Origin: Eledone cirrhosa
Taxonomy: Eukaryota
NCBI GenBank assembly: GCA_964016885.1
Contig: OZ024741.1
Coordinates: 224,812,001-224,876,000, forward strand
DNA: 64,000 nt
Direction: 5' to 3'
Shown: in pieces, positions 27,001-39,000 of the stretch
Position numbering within the stretch: position 1 is the stretch's first letter
Layout of the letters: the number at the start of each line of letters is the position of its first letter
Program-made: the position numbers and the translations under genes
The notes under the pieces: model-generated
What the model was told of the DNA's origin: nothing
What the model saw: the letters and a program-made list of their open reading frames with translations, nothing else
Databases searched by the model: none

Positions 27001-30000
27001 GTTAGTATTGTTGTTGTTGATTGGTTGGGCTTGTGGTGGTTAGTATTGTTGTTGTTGATTGGTTGGGGTTTTGGGTGGTTAGTATTGTTGTTGATTGGCT
27101 GGGGTTTGTGGTGGTTAGAATTGTTGTTGATTGGTTGGGGTTTGTGGTGGTTAGTATTGTTGTTGATTGGTTGGGGTTTGTGGTGGTTAGTATTGTTGTT
27201 GTTGATTGGTTGGGGTTTGTGGTGGTTAGTATTGTTGCTGTTGATTAGTTGGGGTTTGTGGTGGCTAGTATTGTTGTTGTTGATTGGTTGTGGTTTGTGG
27301 TGGTTAGTATCGTTGTTGTTGATTAGTTGGGGTTTGTGGTGGTTAGTATTGTTGTTGTTGATTGGTTGGGGTTGGAGGTGGTTAGTATTGTTGTTGTTGA
27401 TTGGTTGGGGTTTGTGGTGGTTGTTATTGTTGTTGTTGATTGGTTGGGGTTTGTGGTGGTTAGTATTATTGTTGTTGATTAGTTAGGGTTTGTGGTGGTT
27501 AGTATTGTTGTTGGTAAATGGTTGGGGTTTGTGGTGGTTAATATTGTTGTTGATTGGTTGGGGTTTGTGGTGGTTAGTATTGTTGTTGTTGATTAGTTGG
27601 GGTTTGTGGTGGTTAGTATTGTTGTTGATTGGTTGGGGTTTGTGGTGGTTAGTATTGTTGTTGTTGATTGGTTGGGGTTGGTAGTGGTTTGTATTGTTGT
27701 TGTCGATTGGTTGGGGTTTGTGGTTATTAGTATTGTTGTTGTTGATTGGTTGGGGTTTGTGGTGGTTAGTATTGTTTTTGTTGATTAGTTGGGGTTTGTG
27801 GTGGTTAGTATTGTTGTTATTGATTGGTTGGGGTTTCTGGTGGTTAGTATTGTTGTTGTTGATTAGTTGGGGTTTGGGGTGGTTACTATTGTTGTTGTTG
27901 ATTGGTTGGGGTTTGTGGTGGTTAGTATTGTTGTTGATTGGTTGGGGTTTGTGGTGGTTAGTATTGTTGTTATTGATTGGTTGGGGTTTCTGGCGGTTAG
28001 TATTGTTGTTGTAGATTAGTTGGGGTTTGTGGTGGTTAGTATAGTTGTTGATTGGTTGGTTTGGGTTTGTGGTGGTCAGTATTGTTGTTGATTGGTTGGT
28101 TGGGGTTTGTGGTGGTTAGTATTGTTGTTGTTGATTAGTTGGGGTTTGTGGTGGTTAGTATAGTTGTTGATTGGTTGGTTGGGGTTTCTGGTGGTTAGTA
28201 TTGTTGTTGATTGGTTGGGTTGGTGGTGGTTAGTATTGTTGTTGTTGATTGGTTGGGGTTTATGGTGGTTAGTATTGTTGTTGTTGATTAGTTGGGGTTT
28301 GTGGTGGTTACTATTGTTGTTGGTGATTGTGTGGGGTTTGTGGTGGTTAGTATTGTTGTTGTTGATTGGTTGGGGTTTCTGGTGGTTAGTATTGTTGTTG
28401 TTGATTGGTTGGGGTTTGTGGTGGTTAGTATTGTTGTTGTTGATTGGTTGGGTTTTGTGGTGGTTAGTATTGTTGCAGTAGATTGGTTGGGGTTTGTGGT
28501 GATTAGTATTGTTGTTGTTGATTGGTTGGGTTGGTGGTGGTTAGTATTGTTGTTGTTGATTAGTTGGGGTTTGTGGTGGTTAGTATAGTTGTTGATTGGT
28601 TGGTTGGGGTTTGTGGTGGTTAGTATTGTTGTTGATTGGTTGGTTGGGGTTTGTGGTGGTTAGTATTGTTGTTGTTGATTGGTTGGGGATTGTGGTGGTT
28701 AGTATTGTTGTTGTTGATTAGTTGGGGTTTGTGGTGGTTAGTATAGTTGTTGATTGGTTGGTTGGGGTTTGTGGTGGTTAGTATTGTTGTTGATTGGTTG
28801 GTTAGGGTTTGTGGTGGTTAGTACTGTTGTTGTTGAATATTTGGGTTGGTGGTGGTTAGTATTGTTGTCGATTGTTTTTTTGGGATTTGTGGTGGTTAGT
28901 ATTGTTGTTGTTGATTGGTTGGGTTGGTGGTGGTTAGTATTGTTGTTGTTGATTGGTTGGGGTTTATGGTGGTTAGTATTGTTGTTGATTGGTTGGTTGG
29001 GGTTTGTGGTGGTTAGTATTGTTGTTGATTGGTTGGGGTTGGTGGTAGTTAGTATTGTTGTTATTGATTGGTTGGTGTTGGTGGTGGTTACTATTGTTGT
29101 TGATTGGTTGGTTGCGGTTGGTGGTGGTTAGTATTGTTGTTGTTGATTGGTTGTGGTTGGTGGTGGTTAGTATTGTTGTCATTGATTGTTTGGGGTTTGT
29201 GGTGGTTAGTATTGTTGTTGTTGATTGGTTGGGCTTGTGGTGGTTAGTATTGTTGTTGTTGATTGGTTGGTGTTTGTGGTGGTTACTATTGTTGTTGATT
29301 GGTTGGGGTTTGTGGTGGTTAGAATTGTTGTTGATTGGTTGGGGTTAGTTGTGGTTAGTATTGCTGTTGATTAGTTGGTTGGGGTTTGTGGTGTTTAGTA
29401 TTGTTGTTGTTGATTGGTTGGGATTGGTGGTGGTTTGTATTGTTGTTGATTGGTTGGGGTTTGTGGTTGTTAGTATTGTTGTTGTTGATTAGTTGGGGTT
29501 TTTTTGTGGTTAGTATTGTTGTTGTTGATTGGTTGTGGTTTGTGGTGGGTCGTATTGTTGTTGTTGATTAGTTGGGGTTTGTGGTGGTAAGTATTGCTGT
29601 TGATTGGTTGTTGTTTGTAGTGGTTAGTATTGTTGTTGTTGATTGGTTGGGGTTTGTGGTGGTTAGTATTGTTGTTGTTGATTGGTTGGGGTTTGTGGTG
29701 GTTAGTATTGTTGTTGTTGATTGGTTGTTGTTTGTGATGGTTAGTATAGTTGTTGTTGATTGGTTGGGGTTTGTGGTGGTTAGTATTGTTGTTGTTGATT
29801 AGTTGGGGTTGGTGGTAGTTAGATTTGTTGTTGATCGGTTGGGGTTTGTGGTGGTTAGTATTGTTGTTGATTGATTGGCGTTTGTGGTGGTTTGTATCGT
29901 TGTTGTTGATTGGTTGGGGTTTGTGGTGGTTAGTATTGTTGTTGTTGATTGGATGGGTTTTTTTGGTGGTTAGTATAGTTGTTGATTGGTTGGGGTTTGT

Positions 30001-33000
30001 GGTGGTTAGTATTGTTGTTGTTGATTGGTTGGAGTTGGTGGTGGTTAGTATTGTTGTTGTTGATTGTTTGGCATTTGTGGTGGTTAGTATTATTGTTTTT
30101 GATTGGTTGGGGGTTTGGTGTTTAGTATTGTTGTTGTTGATTGGTTGGTGTTTGTGGTGGTTAGTATTGTTGTTGATTGGTTGGGGTTTATGGGAGTTAG
30201 TATTGTTGTTGATTGGTTGGTTGGGGTTGGTGGTGGTAAGTATTGTTGTTGATTGGCTGGGGTTGGTGGTGGTTAGTATAGTTGTTGATTCGTTGGGGTT
30301 GGTGTTGCTTAGTATTGTTGTTGTTGATTGGATGGGGTTTGTGGAGGTTAGTATTGTTGTTGATTGGTTGAGGTTGGTGGTGTTTAGTATTATTGTTGTT
30401 CATTGGTTGGGGTTTGTGGTGGTTAGTATTGTTGTTGTTGATTGGTTGATGTTTGTGGTAGTTAGTATTGTTGTTGTTGATTGGTTGCGGTTTGTGGTGG
30501 TTAGTATTGTTGTTGATTGGTTGGGGTTTCTGGTGGTTAGTATTGTTACGTTGATTGGTTGGTGTTAGTGGTGGTTAGTATTGTTGTTGTTGTTTGGTTG
30601 GGGTTTGTGGTGGTTAGTATTGTTGTTGATTGGTTGGGGTTGGTGGCGGTTAGTATTGTTGTTGATTGGTTGGGGTTGGTGGCGGTTAGTATTGTTGTTG
30701 ATTGGTTGGGGTTTGTGGTGGCTAGTATTATTGTTGTTGATTGGTTGGGGTTTGTGGTGGTTAGTGTTGCTGTTGATTGGTTGGGGTTTGTGGTAGTTAG
30801 TATTGTTGTTGATTGGTTGATTGGGGTCGGTGGTGGTTAGTATTGTTGTTGTTGCTTGGTTGGCGTTTGTAGTGGTTAGTATTGTTGTTGATTGGTTGGG
30901 GTTTGTGGTGGTTAGTATTGTTGTTGTTGATTAGTTGGGGTTTGTGGTGGTTAGTATTGTTGTTATTGATTGGTTGGGGTTTGCAGTGGTTAGTATTGTT
31001 GTTGATTGGTTGGGGTTTGTGGTGGCTAGTATTGCTGCTGTTAATTGGTTGAGGTTTGTGGGGGTTAGTATTGTTGTTGATTGGTTGGGGTTTGTGGTGG
31101 TTAGTATTTTTGTTGTTGATTGTTTGGGGTTTGGGGGTGTTAGTATTGTTGATGTTGATTGGTTGGGGTTGGTGGTGGTTAGTATTGTTGTTGTCGATTG
31201 ATTGGGGTTGGTGGTGGTTAGTATTGTTGTTGATTGGTTGGTTGGGGTTTGTGGTGGTTAGTATTGTTGTTGATTGGTTGGGGTTTGTGGTGGTTAGTAT
31301 TGTTGATGTTGATTGGTTGGGATTTGTGGGGGTTAGTATTGTTGTTGTTGAAGGGTTGGGGTTTGTGGTGGTTAGTATTGTTGTTGTTGATTGGTTGGGG
31401 TTTTTGGTGGTTAGTATTGTTGTTGATTGGTTGGGGTTTGTGGTGGTTAGTATTGTTGTTGTTGATCGGTTGGCGTTTGTGGGGGTTAGTATTGTTGTTG
31501 TTGATTGGTTGGGATTTGTGGTGGTTAGTATTGTAGTTGTTGATTGGTTGGGGTTTGTTGTGGTTAGTATTGTTGTTGTTGATTGGTTGGGGTTGGTGGT
31601 GGTTATTATTGTTGTTGTTGATTGGTTGGGATTTATGGTTATTAGTATTGTTGTCGTTGATTGGTTGGGGTTTGTGGTGGTTAGTATTGTTGTTGTTGAT
31701 TGGTTGGAGTTTGTGGCGGTTAGTATTGTTGTTGTTGATTGGTTGGGTTTTGTGGTGGTTCGTATTATTGTTGTTGATTGGTTGGGGTTTGTGGTGGTTA
31801 GTATTGTTGTTGTTGATCGGATGGGGTTTGTGGAGGTTAGTATTGTTGTTGATTGGTTGAGGTTGGTGGTGGTTAGTATTGTTGTTGTTCACTGGTCGGG
31901 GTTTGTGGTGGTTAGTATTGTTGTTGTTGATTGGTTGGGGTTTGTGGTGGTTAGTATTGTTGTTGTTGATTGGTTGGGGTTTGTGGTGGTTAGTATTGTT
32001 GTTGATTGGTTGGGGTTTATGGTGGTTAGTATTGTTGTTGTTGATTGGTTGGGGTTGGTGGTGGTTAGTATTGTTGTTGTTGATTGGTTGGGATTTGTGG
32101 TGGTTAGTATTGTTGTCGTTGATTGGTTGGGGTTTGTGGTGGTTGGTATTGTTGTTGTTGATTGGTTGGGGTTTGTGGCGGTTAGTATTGTTGTTGTTGA
32201 TTGGTTGGGGTTTGTGGTGGTTAGTATTATTGTTGTTGATTGGTTGGGGTTTGTGGTGGTTAGTATTGTTATGTTGATTGGTTGGTGTTAGTGGTGGTTA
32301 GTATTGTTGTTGTTGATTGGTTGGTGTTTGTGGTGGTTAGTATTGTTGTTGATTGGTTGGGGTTTGTGGTGGTTTGTATTGTTGTTGTCGTTTGGTTGGG
32401 GTTAGTGGTGGGTAGTATTGTTGTTGTTGATTGGTTGGGGTTAGTTGTGGATAGTATTGTTGCTGTTGATTGGTTGGGGTTTGTGGTGGGTAGTATTGTT
32501 TTTGTTGATTGGTTGGGGTTTGTGGTGGTTAGTATTGTTGTTGTTGATTAGTTGGGGTTTGTGGTGGTTAGTATTGTTGTTGATTGGTAGGGGTTTGTGG
32601 TGGTTAGTATTGTTGTTGTTGATTGGTTGGGGTTTGTGGTGGTTAGTATTGTTGTTGTTGATTGGTTGGGGTTTGTGGTGGTTAGTATTGTTGCTGTCGA
32701 TTGGTTTGGGTTTGTGGTGGTTAGTATTGTTGTTGTTGATTTGTTGGGGTTGGTGGTGGTTAGTATTGCTGTTGATTGGTTGGGGTTTGTAGTGGTTAGT
32801 ATGGTTGCTGTTGATTGGTTGGGGTTTGTGGTGGGTAGTATCGTTGTTGTTTATTGGTTCGGGTTTGTGGTGGTTAGTATTGTTGTTGTTGATTCGTTGG
32901 GGTTTGTGGTGGTTAGTATTGTTGTTGATTGGTTGGGGTTTGTGGTGGTTAGTATTGTTGTTGTTGACTGGTTGGGGTTTGTGGTGGTTAGTATTGTTGT

Positions 33001-36000
33001 TGTTGATTGGTTGTGGTTTTTGGTGGTTAGTATTGTTGTTGATTGGTTGGGGTTTGTGGTAGTTAGTATTGTTGTTGATTGGTTGGTTGGGGTTTGTGGT
33101 GGTTAGTATTGTTGTTAATTGGTTGGGGTTTGTGGTGGTTAGTATTGTTGATGTTGATTGGTTGGGATTTGTGAGGGTTAGTATTGTTGTTGTTGATTGG
33201 ATTAGGTTGGTGGTGGTTAGTATTGTTGTTGATTGATTGGGGTTGTGGTCGTTAGTATTGTTGTTGTTGATTGGTTGGCATTTATGGTGGTTAGTATTGT
33301 TGTTGTTGAAGGGTTGGGGTTTGTGGTGGTTAGTATTGTTGTTGTTGATTGGTTGAGGTTTTTGGTGGTTAGTATTGTTGTTGATCGGTTGGGGTTTGTG
33401 GTGGTTAGTATTGTTGTTGTTGATTGGTTGGCGTTTGTCGGGTTAGTATTGTTGTTGTTGATTGGTTGGGATTTGTGGTGGTTAGTATTGTAATTGTTGA
33501 TTGGTTGCGGTTTATTGTGGTTAGTATTGTTGTTGTTGATTGGTTGGGGTTGGTGGTGTTTAGAATTGTTGTTGTTGATTGGTTGGGATTTGTGGTGGTT
33601 AGTATTGTCGTCGTTGATTGGTTGGGGTTTGTGGTGGTTAGTATTGTTGTTGTTGATTGGTTGGGGTTTGTGGCGGTTAGTATTGTCGTTGTTGATTGGT
33701 TGGGGTTTGTGGTGGTTAGTATTGTTGTTGTTGATCGGATGGGGTTTGTGGAGGTTAGTATTGTTGTTGATTGGTTGAGGTTGGTGGTGGTTAGTATTGT
33801 TATTGTTCATTGGTTGGGGTTTGTGGTGGTTAGTATTGTTGTTGTTGATTGGTTGGGGTTTGTGGTGGTTAGTATTGTTGTTGTTGATTGGTTGGGGTTT
33901 GTGGTGGTTAGTATTGTTGTTGATTGTTTGGGGTTTCTGGTGGTTAGTATTGTTATGTTGATTGGTTGGTGTTAGTGGTGGTTAGTATTGTTGTTGTTGA
34001 TTGGTTGGGGTTTGTGGTGGTTAGTATTGTTGTTGATTGGTTGGGGTTGGTGGTGGTTTGTATTGTTGTTGTTGTTTGGTTGGGGTTAGTGGTGGGTAGT
34101 ATTGTTGTTGTTGATTAGTTGGGGTTAGTGGTGGTTAGTATTGTTGCTGTTGATTGGTTGGGGTTTGTGGTGGGTAGTATTGTTTTTGTTGATTGGTTGA
34201 GGTTTGTGGTGGTTAGTATTGTTGTTGTTGATTGGTTGGGGTTTGTGGTGGTTAGTATTATTGTTGTTGATTGGTTGGGGTTTGTGGTGGTTAGTATTGT
34301 TATGTTGATTGGTTCGTGTTAGTGGTGGTTAGTATTGTTGTTGTTGATTGGTTGGGGTTTGTGGTGGTTAGTATTGTTGTTGATTGGTTGGGGTTTGTGG
34401 TGGTTTGTATTGTTGTCGTTGTTTGGTTGGGGTTAGTGGTGGGTAGTATTGTTGTTGTTGATTGGTTGGGGTTAGTGGTGGTTAGTATTGTTGCTGTTGA
34501 TTGGTTGGGGTTTGTGGTGGGTAGTATTGTTTTTGTTGATTGGTTGGGGTTTGTGGTGGTTAGTATTGTTGTTGTTGATTAGTTGGGGTTTGTGGTGGTT
34601 AGTATTGTTGTTGATTGGTAGGGGTTTGTGGTGGTTAGTATTGTTGTTGTTGATTGGTTGGGGTTTGTGGTGGTTAGTGTTGTTGTTGTCGATTGGTTTG
34701 GGTTTGTGGTGGTTAGTATTGTTGTTGTTGATTTGTTGGGGTTGGTGGTGGTTAGTATTGCTGTTGATTGGTTGGGGTTTGTAGTGGTTAGTATGGTTGC
34801 TGTTGATTGGTTGGGGTTTGTGGTGGGTAGTATCGTTGTTGCTTATTGGTTGGGGTTTGTGGTGGTTAGTATTGTTGTTGTTGATTGGTTGGGGTTTGTG
34901 GTGGTTAGTATTGTTGTTGATTGGTTGGGGTTTGTGGTGGTTAGTATTGTTGTTGTTGACTGGTTGGGGTTTGTGGTGGTTAGTATTGTTGTTGTTGATT
35001 GGTTGGGGTTTTTGGTGGTTAGTATTGTTGTTGATTGGTTGGGGTTTGTGGTAGTTAGTATTGTTGTTGATTGGTTGGTTGGGGTTTGTGGTGGTTAGTA
35101 TTGTTGTTGATTGGTTGGGGTTTGTGGTGGTTAGTATTGTTGATGTTGATTGGTTGGGATTTGTGGGGGTTAGTATTGTTGTTGTTGATTGGATTAGGTT
35201 GGTGGTGGTTAGTATTGTTGTTGATTGATTGGGGTTGTGGTCGTTAGTATTGTTGTTGTTGATTGGTTGGCATTTATGGTGGTTAGTATTGTTGTTGTTG
35301 AAGGGTTGGGGTTTGTGGTGGTTAGTATTGTTGTTGTTGATTGGTTGAGGTTTTTGGTGGTTAGTATTGTTGTTGATTGGTTGGGGTTTGTGGTGGTTAG
35401 TATTGTTGTTGTTGATTGGTTGGCGTTTGTCGGGTTAGTATTGTTGTTGTTGATTGGTTGGGATTTGTGGTGGTTAGTATTGTAATTGGTGATTGGTTGC
35501 GGTTTGTTGTGGTTAGTATTGTTGTTGTTGATTGGTTGGGGTTGGTGGTGGTTAGAATTGTTGTTGTTGATTGGTTGGGATTTGTGGTGGTTAGTATTGT
35601 CGTCGTTGATTGGTTGGGGTTTGTGGTGGTTAGTCTTGTTGTTGTTGATTGGTTGGGGTTTGTGGCGGTTAGTATTGTTGTTGTTGATTGGTTGGGGTTT
35701 GTGGTGGTTAGTATTGTTGTTGTTGATCGGATGGGGTTTGTGGAGGTTAGTATTGTTGTTGATTGGTTGAGGTTGGTGGTGGTTAGTATTGTTATTGTTC
35801 ATTGGTTGGGGTTTGTGGTGGTTAGTATTGTTATTGTTGATTGGTTGGGGTTTGTGGTGGTTAGTATTGTTGTTGTTGATTGGTTGGGGTTTGTGGTGGT
35901 TAGTATTGTTGTTGATTGTTTGGGGTTTCTGGTGGTTAGTATTGTTATGTTGATTGGTTGGTGTTAGTGGTGGTTAGTATTGTTGTTGTTGATTGGTTGG

Positions 36001-39000
36001 GGTTTGTGGTGGTTAGTATTGTTGTTGATTGGTTGGGGTTGGTGGTGGTTTGTATTGTTGTTGTTGTTTGGTTGGGGTTAGTGGTGGGTAGTATTGTTGT
36101 TGCTGATTAGATGGGGTTAGTGGTGGTTAGTATTGTTGCTGTTGATTGGTTGGGGTTTGTGGTGGGTAGTATTGTTTTTGTTGATTGGTTGGGGTTTGTG
36201 GTGGTTAGTATTAGTTGGAGTTTGTGGTGGTTAGTATTGTTGTTGATTGGTAAGGGTTTGTGGTGGTTAGTATTGTTGTAGTTGATTGGTTGGGGTTTGT
36301 GGTGGTTAGTATCGTTGTTTTTGATTGCTTTGGGTTTGTGGTTGTTAGTATTGTTGTTGTTGATTGGTTGGGGTTGGTTGTGGTTAGTATTGCTGTTGAT
36401 TGGTTGGGGTTTGTAGTGGTTAGTATTGTTGTTGTTGATTAGTTGGGGTTTGTGGTGGTTAGTATTGTTGTTGATTGGTAGGGGTTTGTGGTGGTTAGTA
36501 TTGTTGTTGTTGATTGGTTGGGGTTTGTGGTGGTTAGTATTGTTGTTATTGATTGGTTGGGGTTTGCGGTGGTTAGTATTGTTGTTGATTGGTTGGGGTT
36601 TGTGGTGGCTAGTATTGCTGCTGTTAATTGGTTGAGGTTTGTGGGTGTTAGTATTGTTGTTGATTGGTTGGGGTTTGTGGTGGTTAGTATTGTTGTTGTT
36701 GACTGGTTGGGGCTTGGGGGTGTTAGTATTGTTGATGTTTATTAGTTGGGGTTGGTGGTTGGTAGTATTGTTGTTGTTGATTGATTGGGGTTGGTGGTGG
36801 TTAGTATTGTTGTTGATTGGTTTGTTGGGGTTTGTGGTGGTTAGTATTGTTGTTGATTGGTTGGGGTTTGTGATGGTTAGTATTGTTGATGTTGATTGGT
36901 TGGGATTTATGGGGGTTAGTATTGTTGTTGTTGATTGGATGGGGTTGATGGTGGTTAGCTTTGTTGTTGTTGATTGGATGGGGTTTGTGGTGGTTAGTAT
37001 TGTTGTTGTTGATTGGTTTGGGTTTGTGGTGGTTAGTATTGTTGTTGTTGATTGGTTGGGGTTGGTGGTGGTTAGTATTGCTGTTGATTGGTTGGGGTTG
37101 GTGGTGGTTAGTATTGTTGTTGTTGATTGATTGGGGTTGGTGGTGGTTAGTATTGTTGTTGATTGGTTTGTTGGGGTTTGTTGTGGTTAGTATTGTTGTT
37201 GATTGGTTGGGGTTTATGATGGTTAGTATTGTTGATGTTGATTGGTTGGGATTTGTGGGGGTTAGTATTGTTGTTGTTGATTGGATGGGGTTGGTGGTGG
37301 TTAGTATTGTTGTTGTTGATTGGTTGGGGTTTGTGGTGGTTAGTATTGTTGTTGTTGATTTGTTTGGGTTTGTGGTGGTTAGTATTGTTGTTGTTGATTG
37401 GTTGGGGTTGGTGGTGGTTAGTATTGTTGTTGTTGATAGGTTGGGATTTGTGGTGGTTAGTATTGTTGTCGTTGATTGGTTGGGGTTTGTGGTGGTTAGT
37501 ATTGCTGTTGATTGGTTGGGGTTTGTAGTGGTTAGTATGGTTGCTGTTGATTGGTTGGGGTTTGTGGTGGGTAGTATTGTTGTTGTTTATTGGTTGGGGT
37601 TTGTGGTGGTTAGTATTGTTGTTGTTGATTGGTTGGGTTTGTGGTGGTTAGTATTGTTGTTGATTGGTTGGGGTTTGTGGTGGTTAGTATTGTTGTTGTT
37701 GATTTGTTTGGGTTTGTGGTGGTTAGTATTGTTGTTGTTGATTGGTTGGGGTTGGTGGTGGTTAGTATTGTTGTTGTTGATTGGTTGGGATTTGTGGTGG
37801 TTAGTATTGTTGTCGTTGATTGGTTGGGGTTTGTGGTGGTTAGTATTGCTGTTGTTGATTGGTCGGGGTTTGTGGCGGTTAGTATTGTTGTTGTTGATTG
37901 GTTGGGGTTTGTGGTGGTTAGTATTATTGTTGTTGATTGGTTGGGGTTTGTGGTGGTTAATATTGTTGTTGTTGATCGGATGGGGTTTGTGGAGGTTAGT
38001 ATTGTTGTTTATTGGTTGAGGTTGGTGGTGGTTAGTATTGTTGTTGTTCATTGGTTGGGGTTTGTGGTGGTTAGTATTGTTGTTGTTGATTGGTTGGGCT
38101 TTGTGGTGGTTAGTATTGTTGTTGTTGATTGGTTGGGGTTTGTGGTGGTTAGTATTGTTGTTGATTGTTTGGGGTTTCAGGTGGTTAGTATTGTTATGTT
38201 GATTGGTTTGTGTTAGTGGTGGTTAGTATTGTTGTTGTTGATTGGTTGGGGTTTGTGGTGGTTAGTACTGTTGTTGATTGGTTGGGGTTTGTGATGGTTT
38301 GTATTGTTGTTATTGTTTGGTTGGGGTTAGTGGTGGGTAGTATTGTTGTTGTTGATTGGTTGGGGTTAGTGGTGGTTAGTATTGTTGCTGTTGATTGGTT
38401 GGGGTTTGTGGTGGGTAGTATTGTTTTTGTTGATTGGTTGGGGTTTGTGGTGGTTAGTATTGTTGTTGTTGATTAGTTGGGGTTTGTGGTGTTTAGTATT
38501 GTTGTTGATTGGTAGGGGTTTGTGGTGGTTAGTATTGTTGTTGTTGATTGGTTGGGGTTTGTGGTGGTTAGTATTGTTGTTGTTGATTGGTTGGGGTTTG
38601 TGGTGGTTAGTATTGTTGTTGTCGATTGGTTTGGGTTTGTGGTGGTTAGTATTGTTGTTGTTGATTTGTTGGGGTTGGTGGTGGTTAGTATTCCTGTTGA
38701 TTGGTTGGGGTTTGTAGTGGTTAGTATGGTTGCTGTTGATTGGTTGGTGTTTGTGGTGGGTAGTATCGTTGTTGTTTATTGGTTGGGGTTTGTGGTGGTT
38801 AGTATTGTTGTTGTTGATTGGTTGGGGTTTGTGGTGGTTAGTATTGTTGTTGATTGGTTGGGGTTTGTGGTGGTTAGTATTGTTGTTGTTGATTGGTTGG
38901 GGTTTGTGGTGGTTAGTATTGTTGTTGTTGATTGGTTGGGGTTTTTGGTGGTTAGTATTGTTGTTGATTGGTTGGGGTTTGTGGTAGTTAGTATTGTTGT

